Assembly (NCBI GenBank): GCA_963750165.1
Contig: CAVVPN010000003.1
Location: 2,048,001-2,112,000, forward strand
Direction of reading: 5' to 3'
DNA: 64,000 bases
Source: an uncultured Gemmataceae bacterium
Lineage (GTDB): Bacteria; Planctomycetota; Planctomycetia; Gemmatales; Gemmataceae
Positions 10,927 through 19,024 of this stretch are shown in pieces. Below the pieces are notes generated by a model that ran no database searches, was not told where the DNA came from, and saw only the letters and a list, made by a program, of their open reading frames with translations. Within the stretch, counting starts at the first letter, position 1; every line of letters starts with the position of its first letter. The translations under genes and the position numbers were made by a program.

Positions 10927-11312
10927 GGACGATCTCCTTCTGCTTGGCGGGGCCTTTTTGCGCGGGGCTCGCTGCCGACGAGGACGACCTCATTCGCCTC
11001 GGTCCGCAGGCCCTCCTTCTCGCAAATCGCCCTGAGCTTCTCCTTGTGCTCCGGCGACGTCCCCTCGCCGAGGAGGACAATCGTGAGCGCCTGGAGGATC
11101 TTGTCGACGTCGTCTTCGGAGTTCCAGTCGATGGTGCTCAGATACCGCTGGGTCAGCTTCTGTCGGTCGCCGCCGGACCTGGCCGCGGCCTCGGGCCCGA
11201 GCTCGATGCCGGCACCCTGGAACATGTCGTCGATCTGCTGGAGCTTCAGCCCTTCCCAGCCGCTGCAGAACTTCCGGAGGTCGATCTGAAAAGTAGGCGA
11301 CAGCAGAGGCAC
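10902..11312 (-). CDS. Stand-alone AbiJ/Abi-type N-terminal-domain-like protein
   Basis: QQIDDMFQGAGI...GDRQKLTQRYLSTIDWNSEDDVDKIL resembles N-termini of abortive-infection proteins. Confidence 0.5.
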   Translation of the reverse strand: MPLLSPTFQIDLRKFCSGWEGLKLQQIDDMFQGAGIELGPEAAARSGGDRQKLTQRYLSTIDWNSEDDVDKILQALTIVLLGEGTSPEHKEKLRAICEKEGLRTEANEVVLVGSEPRAKRPRQAEGDRPWPTLKSL

Positions 11313-11449
11313 GGCTTGTTCCCTCGGGGAGCCGGGGCTCGCCTCCGGCCCATCTGGTCTGTCGGTTCTTCCATCGCTGATGAGATTCTGACGGCGAATC
11401 GGTCCGCCGGCCGGTTAGCTGAACCGGCCCAGGCGGCACGTCGGATGGG

Positions 11450-12397
11450 TCACCACCCATACTTCTCGCGATGGTCCCGGTCGATCTCGTCCTCCTCCTC
11501 TTCCTCCTCGTCCTCTGGGAGGACGTCGCCCTCGTCCATCGTGAGCAGGACGGCGAGCGTGCCCATGACGGGCACGGGCAGGAACGCCTGCGTCACCTCG
11601 ACGTCGTGGAGATCCTCGCCCCGGTCGAACGTCTGGAACCAGTGGCGCAGCAGGCCGTCTTCCTGGTGTCGGCCGTCGTCGCCTCGTTCAAATGCGGCCC
11701 AGCGGGCCTGCGCCACCGGCGACTCGATGTCCTTCTTGCCGGGATAAATCTTCGCCGCGATCAGCGAGTTCGACGGGAACAGCCAGGCGATGCGGCCCTC
11801 GCGCAGGCCGGCGAGAGCACAGGGCTGGTCGGAAAGGCGGACGCCGCGGCGAGCCGTGCAGAGAAGTGACGCCTGGAACTCGGCGGCAACCTTATCGATC
11901 GTCGCGAGCGTCAACTCGCCGTTGTTCAGCGACCGGTCGACGAGGTGAGTCGGGAGCAGGAGGCTCGCCGCGAAAGCGTCGGCCTCCCGCTCCTTCTGCG
12001 ACGCGTTCTTGAACTCGCCGCTCGACTCGTGGGGCGGCTCGCCGTTCACGAGGTCTTCGTGGTGGCGTTCGAGAAAATAATGACCGAGCTCGTGGCAGAC
12101 CGAGAACCGGGTCCGCGGGTGGTGCTCGCCCTCCGGCATCACGCGGTCGTACTTCGTGTTGTAGTACAGGAGGAACCGCTTCTTCGTCGGCTCATACTCG
12201 AGCTTCCCGTCGTACCGGTCGCCGAGGTCGTCGCCGCCGGTGCGCAGGAACGCTCGCTCCGTCTCTGCGACGGCGAGGGGGTCGATGCGGCCGGTCAGCT
12301 TCAGGCGCTTGACCAGCGCGTCGGCCTCCGCTCCAGCGCGGGCCTGGCACTCCTCGTCGGCCTGCCACTCAAGTTTCGTCTTCCTCGGGCTCGTCAT
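11450..12397 (-). CDS. ImmA/IrrE family metallo-endopeptidase
   Basis: RTRFSVCHELGHYFL (HExxH), EREADAFAASLLLP, acidic tail. Confidence 0.93.
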   Translation of the reverse strand: MTSPRKTKLEWQADEECQARAGAEADALVKRLKLTGRIDPLAVAETERAFLRTGGDDLGDRYDGKLEYEPTKKRFLLYYNTKYDRVMPEGEHHPRTRFSVCHELGHYFLERHHEDLVNGEPPHESSGEFKNASQKEREADAFAASLLLPTHLVDRSLNNGELTLATIDKVAAEFQASLLCTARRGVRLSDQPCALAGLREGRIAWLFPSNSLIAAKIYPGKKDIESPVAQARWAAFERGDDGRHQEDGLLRHWFQTFDRGEDLHDVEVTQAFLPVPVMGTLAVLLTMDEGDVLPEDEEEEEEDEIDRDHREKYGW

Positions 12398-12728
12398 CGC
12401 TCAGCATCTTTCTCTTCAGGTCGTCTTCCTTCTTGTCAGTCTCGGGGGTCTTCTCGCCCTCGTTGCGATGGATCTGATACCTGCCTCGGGCGGCCTCGTC
12501 GACAACCTCGTCGCCGTCCCACTCGCCGTCCTGGTCTGGGGTCCACTCTTCGTCCCCGCTAGACGTCGCCGAATCGACAATTTCTTTGATGCGTTCCTCC
12601 GAGATCTTCACCTCGGGGGCGTCGCGGTACGCCGCCGCGGCCTCCTCCGGGGTGAGCGGGCAGAAACCCTGCTTCTTGCGCAGCTTGGGGGCCAGGTCTT
12701 CCCACAGCTTGTCGGCGTCGGAACTCAT
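12369..12728 (-). CDS. Acidic hypothetical protein (candidate anti-sigma factor)
   Basis: ATGA-coupled to sigma stop, overlaps protease start; D/E-rich. Confidence 0.65.
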   Translation of the reverse strand: MSSDADKLWEDLAPKLRKKQGFCPLTPEEAAAAYRDAPEVKISEERIKEIVDSATSSGDEEWTPDQDGEWDGDEVVDEAARGRYQIHRNEGEKTPETDKKEDDLKRKMLSDDEPEEDET

Positions 12729-13353
12729 TTGCTCCCTTTCGTGCTGTCCTTGCGGGCTTCGCGCTCCAGAATCCTACTCCTGATTTTTTCTCTGACCTTG
12801 CTCCTTGTCGCGTAGACCGTGTTCAGGCTCTTGCTGTTCTCGGTGGCGAGGCGGTGGGAGTCAGCGGTGCCGCCGACGGCAAGGTCTGCCCGGGCCACGA
12901 TCTGCTCGAAGCCCGTCAGTTCGTTTTCGATGATGTCTTCCATCATTTCGACCCGGGTCATCTCCGCGGACCCGCACTCCGGGGGGTCGTCTTCGCAATG
13001 GTCCGCGGGGTCGTGCTCCGGGTCGAACTCCAGTTCCTTGGCGACGTGCTTCTTCTCCCCGCGGATGATGCTCAGGGCGGCCCGCTGGACGATCCTGATG
13101 AGCCAGCTCCCGAAGTCCCCTTCCGACGGCTTGAAGCGGTCCGCGAATCGCCAGACGTTGTGGAACGCGTCGGTGACAGCCTGGTCCATCTCGGGCTCGC
13201 GCAGGCGCCACGGAACTGGGTCATGAGGTAGCCCATCGCCCTGGGCGTACACCTCCTGACCAGCAGCGTCAGAGCGTCCTTGTCCCGGTCTTCCGCAATG
13301 CGGCGCACCAGGTCAACGTCGATGTCCTCGTCCGGCGGCGTCTCTGTCGCCAT
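12725..13353 (-). CDS. ECF-type sigma-70 factor (one frameshift near 13205)
   Basis: LVRRIAEDRDKDALTLLVRR; DQAVTDAFHNVWRFADRF..GDFGSWLIRIVQRAAL (region 2); SLNTVYATRSKVREKIR (region 4); GGAGG RBS. Confidence 0.88.
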
Positions 13354-13375
13354 TGAAACCTCCCGCCTCCTGAAC

Positions 13376-13396
13376 GAATACGCACCATCCTTAACC
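13376..13396 (-). promoter_or_regulatory. Motif copy upstream of sigma gene (GGTTAAGGatggtgCGTATTC)
   Basis: Matches copies at 13426, 13509 and 15588. Confidence 0.6.
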
Positions 13397-13425
13397 GCGA
13401 CCTTACCGGAACAACACGTCGTTCT

Positions 13426-13540
13426 GGTTAAGGTTCCAGCGTAATCGATGGCGGGCGGGAAGTCACTGCGACTCGGCCCCGAAAAAAAGCGCCGGGCCGG
13501 TTAAGGCCGGTTAAGGCCCCCCTTAATCCAGGGTGAGGGC
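13426..13540 (+). promoter_or_regulatory. Two motif copies upstream of the Ubl operon
   Basis: GGTTAAGGttccagCGTAATC (13426) and GGTTAAGGccccccTTAATCcagggtgagggc (13509, one base short); tandem GGCCGGTTAA. Confidence 0.6.
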
Positions 13541-13620
13541 GGGAAGTGCCGCCCGACGGTAAGCCCCGAACGCGGGGCAGGCTCTAGCCGTCGCCGGAAC
13601 AGGCGACAGGAAGGGGTTTT

Positions 13621-13902
13621 ATGTCCACCACCGCTGAAGAGGCCCGTGCGGGCCACGACCAGCACGGGCACCACGCCGACCGCTGCCACACGGTTGACAT
13701 CCACGTCAACAACCACAAGGTCGTCCTCCAGCCGGGCAAGTACGACGTGCCCACCTTCAAGAAGGTCGCCGGCGTGCCGCAGGCCGACGACCTGGAAGAG
13801 CTGGTGAACTGCAAGCTCCGGCCGGTCGCCGAGGACGCGACCATCCACATCCAGGGCTGCGAGGTGTTCATCTCCCACGTCAAGGACGGCGGTGCCTCCT
13901 GA
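13621..13902 (+). CDS. Ubiquitin-like (multiubiquitin-type) protein
   Basis: Beta-grasp pattern VDIHVNN..V...DATIHIQGCEVFISH; C-terminal DGGAS; first gene of E2/JAB/E1 operon. Confidence 0.8.
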   Translation: MSTTAEEARAGHDQHGHHADRCHTVDIHVNNHKVVLQPGKYDVPTFKKVAGVPQADDLEELVNCKLRPVAEDATIHIQGCEVFISHVKDGGAS

Positions 13903-13919
13903 GCTTTGAGGTGACCGCC

Positions 13920-14264
13920 ATGTCGTACCCCGAGGATCAGGTGGCGGAGCTGAAGCTGCTCTGCCCCGGCGTTTGCGAGGTCAAGGAGGCAGGCTGCATC
14001 CTCTACTTTCTTCCGGGGCTGATCCTCCCGGACGGGTGCAACCCGGTGCGCACGGACGCGCTCCTCTGCCCGAGCGCCCGCGACGGCTACGCGTCGCGGC
14101 TGTTCTTCGCGGAAAGGGTGGAGTCGAAGGCCGCGGCTGTGCCCAACTGGAACGCGAACGGTGTCCGCATCGCCGAGCGGAACTGGCACGCCTACAGCTG
14201 GAAGACGAACCCCAACCTGCGGCTCGCGCAGATGGTCGCGGCCCACTTGAGGGCCCTCCGATGA
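13920..14264 (+). CDS. Prokaryotic E2-like protein (family E-like)
   Basis: LILPDGCNP..DALLCP..GY; RNWHAYSW; position between Ubl and JAB. Confidence 0.7.
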   Translation: MSYPEDQVAELKLLCPGVCEVKEAGCILYFLPGLILPDGCNPVRTDALLCPSARDGYASRLFFAERVESKAAAVPNWNANGVRIAERNWHAYSWKTNPNLRLAQMVAAHLRALR

Positions 14265-14770
14265 CAGTCAAGGTGCGCATCCCGCGCAAGCTGCTCGACA
14301 ACGTGCGGGCCGACCTGTCGCGCCCGCACGCTTTTGCCGCCGAGCGAATCGGCTTCCTGTTCGGCCGGCTCGCCGCCGCCGACCAGGCCCTCGTGCTGCT
14401 GACCGGCTACGAGCCGGTGGCAGACGACCGCTACATCAACGACCCCTGGTCGGGTGCGCGCATCGACAGCACCGCCATCCGCGGCGCGATGCAGAGCGTC
14501 CTGGACCGGGGCGAGGGCGGCTTCCACGTACACTTGCACCACTGGCCCGGCCGCCCCGTGCTGAGCCGGATGGACGCCAAGGAGATACCCCCGGTCGTGA
14601 CGGGCCTGCGCCGCGTCGGCCTGGCCCAGGCGCACGGCATCGTGCTGCTCCACGAAGTGGAATGCGCGGCCTGGGTCTGGTTGCCCGGCAAGGAGGAAGC
14701 CGTCGAGGCGGAGTCGGTCTCCGTCGTCGGGTTCCCCCTCTCAATCTTCGGAGGAACGAGCCGTGAGTGA
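14261..14770 (+). CDS. JAB/MPN metallo-peptidase (deubiquitinase-like)
   Basis: ERIGFLF (Glu), HVHLH...SRMD JAMM motif; ATGA-coupled. Confidence 0.8.
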   Translation: MTVKVRIPRKLLDNVRADLSRPHAFAAERIGFLFGRLAAADQALVLLTGYEPVADDRYINDPWSGARIDSTAIRGAMQSVLDRGEGGFHVHLHHWPGRPVLSRMDAKEIPPVVTGLRRVGLAQAHGIVLLHEVECAAWVWLPGKEEAVEAESVSVVGFPLSIFGGTSRE

Positions 14771-15572
14771 CGATCGATTCTCGAGACAGTCCTTCCTCGG
14801 CGAACACAGCCAGGCCGCCATCGAGCGCGCCGTCGTCGGCGTCGTCGGCCTCGGCGGCGGCGGCGGCCACGTCGTGCAGCAGCTCGCCCACATCGGCTTC
14901 ATGAACTATCGCTTGTTCGACCGCGACCACGCGGAGGAGTCGAACCTGAACCGTCTGGTCATCGCCACGGAGGCGGATGCGACGGCGGAGACGCTGAAGG
15001 TGGAGTTGGCGAAGCGCAGGATCTTGTCCGTGCGCAGCGCCGCCAAGGTCGAGACGTTCCCCTGCCGCTGGCAGGATCGGCCCGAGCATCTGCGCGGCTG
15101 CGACGTCGTCTTCGGCTGCGTAGACGGGTTCGCCGAGCGGCGCGAGCTCGAGGTCGCCTGCCGCCGGCACCTGGTGCCGCTCATCGACATCGGCATGGAC
15201 GTCCACGTCGTCGGCGACGAACCGCCGCGGATGGGCGGCCAGGTGATCCTGTCGATGCCCGGCTTCCCCTGCATGACGTGCCTCGGCTTCCTGAGCGAGG
15301 CGAGCCTGGCGCGCGAGGCCGGCCGGTACGGCGACGCCGGCCCGCGGCCCCAGGTCGTGTGGCCGAACGGGGCGCTGGCATCGACGGCGGTCGGGATCGC
15401 CGTCGATCTCGTGACCGACTGGACGCGCAGGATGCGCGGCGCGGTGTACCTGATGTACGACGGCAACACCGGCACCATCACGCCGCACCCGCGGCTTGTC
15501 CACCACGACGGCTCGCCCTGCCCCCACTTCCCGCCGGACCAGGTCGGCGCGCCGGTCTTCAAGAAACTGTGA
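14763..15572 (+). CDS. ThiF/E1-like adenylyltransferase
   Basis: RFSRQ, VGLGGGGG, DRDHAEESNLNRL, KVE, GCVD, PCMTC. Confidence 0.93.
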   Translation: MSDDRFSRQSFLGEHSQAAIERAVVGVVGLGGGGGHVVQQLAHIGFMNYRLFDRDHAEESNLNRLVIATEADATAETLKVELAKRRILSVRSAAKVETFPCRWQDRPEHLRGCDVVFGCVDGFAERRELEVACRRHLVPLIDIGMDVHVVGDEPPRMGGQVILSMPGFPCMTCLGFLSEASLAREAGRYGDAGPRPQVVWPNGALASTAVGIAVDLVTDWTRRMRGAVYLMYDGNTGTITPHPRLVHHDGSPCPHFPPDQVGAPVFKKL

Positions 15573-15587
15573 CGGTCGGTTTTTTCC

Positions 15588-15620
15588 GGTTAAGGCCCGC
15601 GTGTAATCAGGGTGAAGGGC
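15588..15620 (+). promoter_or_regulatory. Motif copy upstream of DUF1883 gene
   Basis: GGTTAAGGcccgcgTGTAATCagggtgaagggc, close to the 13509 copy including its downstream extension. Confidence 0.6.
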
Positions 15621-15672
15621 GGCCGAAGGCGCGCCGCCCGCCCTGTTTCTCGGTTCAGTGGGGGGCTTCATC

Positions 15673-15930
15673 GTGAAGTTCTTGCATTGGCAGGTGGACG
15701 CGGTCGATGGCACCGTCGTCAGGGTCGAGCTGGACGCTCAGGCCAACGTGATGCTCATGGATGACAGCAACTTCTCGTCGTACCGCAGCGGCCGGCAGTA
15801 CCGCTACTTCGGTGGCCACGCCAAACGGTCGCCAGTCACGCTGGCCGCGCCGCACACCGGCCGCTGGCACGTCGTCGTTGACCTCGGCGGCTACGCTGGC
15901 CACGTCAACGCGAGCGTGTCGGTGCTGTAG
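15673..15930 (+). CDS. DUF1883 domain protein
   Basis: ANVMLMDDSNFSSYRSGRQYRYFGG...SP...PHTGRWHVVVDLGG. Confidence 0.85.
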   Translation: MKFLHWQVDAVDGTVVRVELDAQANVMLMDDSNFSSYRSGRQYRYFGGHAKRSPVTLAAPHTGRWHVVVDLGGYAGHVNASVSVL

Positions 15931-15950
15931 CCGCGAGTGCGAAACGACAA

Positions 15951-15978
15951 GGCCTCGGTCTCCCTAACGACCGAGGCC
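15951..15978. terminator. Hairpin between convergent genes
   Basis: GGCCTCGGTC-N8-GACCGAGGCC. Confidence 0.55.
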
Positions 15979-15985
15979 CGTGATG

Positions 15986-16108
15986 TCATTTCATCTCTTC
16001 GGTCTTCTGCGGCGGCTTCCGTCGCCGGTCGAGCAAGGCGAGGGCCAGGGTCGCCACTGCGGCGACTGCGCTTGCGATCGTCGCCATTCCAACTGCGAAT
16101 TCGAGCAT
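15986..16108 (-). CDS. 40-aa single-TM peptide
   Basis: MLEFAVGMATIASAVAAVATLALALLDRRRKPPQKTEEMK; GGAGAAGG RBS; below ORF-track cutoff. Confidence 0.55.
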   Translation of the reverse strand: MLEFAVGMATIASAVAAVATLALALLDRRRKPPQKTEEMK

Positions 16109-16502
16109 GAGCCTTCTCCGAATGCCAGTTACCGGCATCCGGGGAGTCAAACGATTTTGAACTGAGTCAGATCGTTATAGGCTGGCACTCGGCGCTGGCG
16201 CGTGGCTCCGTCGCTGGCTTTGGCCCCTGACCTCCCGCGCGTGGGCGGATGAGGTGCTCGGCACTCGCACTGGACCCTGCCGATGGCTCTGGCTCTTGGC
16301 CGTGGTCGTGTCTGACGGACCCTCGCCGGCATGCCACCGTTCCGGGCGAGCTGCGCTCGCCCTTCCTCAATTATACTTCGGCGGACGGTGGTAATAATTT
16401 GAAATGGGACACGGTGCCAGCTCCTGAACCCCCGATCAGCGTGACGTGACTATTGAGTTTGACGTATTGCGCAAGAAATCGACCTCGAGCGAGGACCTAT
16501 AG

Positions 16503-17399
16503 ATGCTTCCTTTTGAAGACCAGGCGCGCGCGGACGTGGAAGCGGATCATCACAAGGAACTGGCCGAGAGCCGCGAGCTTCTCGGGCTCGCCTTGGACAT
16601 GATCGGCAGCGATGGCCAGGGCGGTCTCCGCATCCCCTCTGAGCCGGTGCCGGGGGTGACCGACAGGGCGAGGTCGTTGGCGCTCGGTCTCTTCGCAAAG
16701 GCGTGCAAACAGTTCCGCGGCATCATCATCCTCGCCGAGCGCGGCTTCGGGGACGAGGTGACCGTCCTGACGCGGTCCCTGTTCGAGACGACGCTCGCGA
16801 TGAACTTCATCATGAACGAGAACGTCGCGCTCAAGAGGGAGGGGAAACCCTTCGACCCAGACCCGTCGCGTCCGCTCGACACCGACTTCCGCACGCTCAT
16901 CTACGGCGCGCACTCCGCCTTCACGCAGGCCAAGCGGTACCGGCAGTGGGGCGAGCGACCGGAACTGCGCCCGAGCATCGGTCTGCGCGGCGCTCCGGAG
17001 GCTATCGCCGCCCAGACGGCCGCAGCCCGTGACGCGGTCGGCGAGAAGTGGTGGGAGGCTCTCAAGGGAGGACAGGCCGGTCTGTCGGTCAGAAACCTGG
17101 CCGACTCGCTCGGGGTACTCTCCTACTACCTCGTGGTCTACGGCGACCAGTCTGAAGTGGCGCACGCGGGCGATGGCCTGATGCACTTCGATCTCGAGGA
17201 CGACACCAACCACGGGGCGCTCGACCTCTGCCCGTCACCTGACGGGATCGGCGGCCTCCTGCATCTCGCGGGGCTTGTGTTCCTCGGCACACTCACGGGC
17301 ATCCACAACCGGCTAAAGTTCGGGGATGCGGTTGACAAGAAGCTCGACGGTTTCGCCGCACGCCTCGGCGTGCCGGCAGGCAATGAGGTTCGATCATGA
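16503..17399 (+). CDS. DUF5677 (HEPN-like) domain protein
   Basis: GIIILAERGF...LTRSLFE; late YYLVVYGDQSEVAH motif. Confidence 0.7.
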   Translation: MLPFEDQARADVEADHHKELAESRELLGLALDMIGSDGQGGLRIPSEPVPGVTDRARSLALGLFAKACKQFRGIIILAERGFGDEVTVLTRSLFETTLAMNFIMNENVALKREGKPFDPDPSRPLDTDFRTLIYGAHSAFTQAKRYRQWGERPELRPSIGLRGAPEAIAAQTAAARDAVGEKWWEALKGGQAGLSVRNLADSLGVLSYYLVVYGDQSEVAHAGDGLMHFDLEDDTNHGALDLCPSPDGIGGLLHLAGLVFLGTLTGIHNRLKFGDAVDKKLDGFAARLGVPAGNEVRS

Positions 17400-18265
17400 A
17401 ATATAGGGAGTACAGCATCTTCTATTCGTGGCAGAGCGACGCCGACCCTGCCACGAACTGGGAGTTCATCCGTGGCGCGCTCGATGTAGCGGTCGAGGAG
17501 ATCAAGCAGCGCAAGGGCTTCGACATCCCGGTCGTCGATTCCGGAATGGAGCGAGTCGGCGGCACGCCCGAGGTGGCGACCGTCATGTTTGACAAGATCC
17601 GCGGCGCGGCCATCTTCGTCGGCGACGTCTCGCTCGTCGGGGAGATCAAGCCCCACGGTAACAAGTCGACTAAGAAGACGGCGAATCCGAACGTGCTCAT
17701 GGAGATGGCCTACGCCGGCGCGAAGCTGGGCTGGCAGCGGGTGATCTGCGTCATGAACCAGGCGTTCGGCCGGGCCGAGAAGCTGCCCGTCGACATCCGC
17801 AACCGACGCTGGCCGGTGCGTTACAGGATGCCGCCGGACGACAAGACGACAGCCGAGCAGGTGAGGGCGAAGCTGGCGGAGGACCTGAAGACCGCCATCG
17901 ATGCGATCATCTACGTGGACGACCAGGCGGTCGCCGACGCGGTCCGCCGGTTCGACTCCAACTGCATCAGCGTGGTCGCGGCCTCGCGGTTCCACCCGAG
18001 CTTCCACGCGCCGCGGGCCAACCAGGTGACGATCGGATCGCCAACCGGCATGGACACCCTGGCGCTGAACGCGGCCATCCCGAGGCTCCTTGACCTCGGC
18101 CTGATCCACTGCGACTTCGACAGCCGGCAGGAGCTCTTCGCCTACCATTGGACCTGGCTGGGGCGGATGTTGATCCGCCAGCACTGGCCCAACGACATCC
18201 CTGAGTGGATTCTGCAGATCGACCGCGAGTCGCCGGCCGCCGGGTACGAGCAGCGACCGCATTGA
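17396..18265 (+). CDS. TIR-like / nucleoside deoxyribosyltransferase-fold protein
   Basis: IFYSWQSD, IFVGDVS, NPNVLMEMAYA, LPVDIRNRR. Confidence 0.75.
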   Translation: MKYREYSIFYSWQSDADPATNWEFIRGALDVAVEEIKQRKGFDIPVVDSGMERVGGTPEVATVMFDKIRGAAIFVGDVSLVGEIKPHGNKSTKKTANPNVLMEMAYAGAKLGWQRVICVMNQAFGRAEKLPVDIRNRRWPVRYRMPPDDKTTAEQVRAKLAEDLKTAIDAIIYVDDQAVADAVRRFDSNCISVVAASRFHPSFHAPRANQVTIGSPTGMDTLALNAAIPRLLDLGLIHCDFDSRQELFAYHWTWLGRMLIRQHWPNDIPEWILQIDRESPAAGYEQRPH

Positions 18266-18352
18266 CTATTGGATGCGCCGATGCCGCCGGTGCCGGAAGG
18301 GTTATGGAAGGGAAATGCCTGCGCGGCGTGCAAAACGCGCATCAGGGACACC

Positions 18353-18546
18353 TGTCACGAGCGGTTTGGAACTGAGCCACTTTCGCGGAGCCACTTGAGC
18401 CACCCTCGGAGCCGCTGGGGCAGGGGCTGGTCGCCGTAAGTCCAAGTACGGGTTCCTCTTCTCTGTTGCCGGTAGCTGCCAATGGGGCCTGCGGGGTGGC
18501 TCACTTCTGGCCGCGAAAGTGGCTCACTTTCTGACCGCGATCGACA
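18353..18546. mobile_element. 194-bp IS21-type miniature element (MITE)
   Basis: TGTC...GACA ends; 53-bp imperfect terminal inverted repeats with repeated TGAGCCAC; GACACC duplicated at 18347-18352 and 18547-18552. Confidence 0.88.
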
Positions 18547-19024
18547 GACACCCCCACCGCCGGCCGCGACCCCAGAAAAGGCCCGGTTTTCACGCATGTT
18601 TTGCACGGCTTGCACCGGAGAAGCCGCTTCTGCATCGGCAAGCAATGAACCGAAACAGTTTCGGGGGTGAGCGCTTTGGTCTTCTCGACCTCCGCGCGCA
18701 AGCCGAAAGGACCAGCGCGAATCGGACCGAAACCCCTCGGGCGATGTGACCGAATGCAGCGCGCTCACTGTTCAGGCAGGCCAGCCTGTAGGCTATAGAA
18801 TGACTTCGCCGTCCACGAGGCCCTGAGCCAGGCCGGGCGAGCCGACGTGATCGACGACGGCTGCGACTGCCTAATCCCGTCACATCCGCATAAGGAGGCG
18901 ATCGAGGCCCCGCTGGCGGCAGGCCAACCGGGCGGTGAACGGGCCGACCAGTGTTCGTTCACCGCGACCCCAGGGCCCGGGAGGTCGGCACCACTGTGTC
19001 CAGGTGCGGCCCCCGAGGCGGACA

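Noticed and set aside
10740..13220. Programmed frameshifts in TIR and sigma genes
   Set aside because: No slippery heptamer seen; indels resemble the probable sequencing errors elsewhere
13621..15572. CBASS/Pycsar or cofactor sulfur-carrier pathway
   Set aside because: No cyclase and no thi/moa genes; an E2 is present
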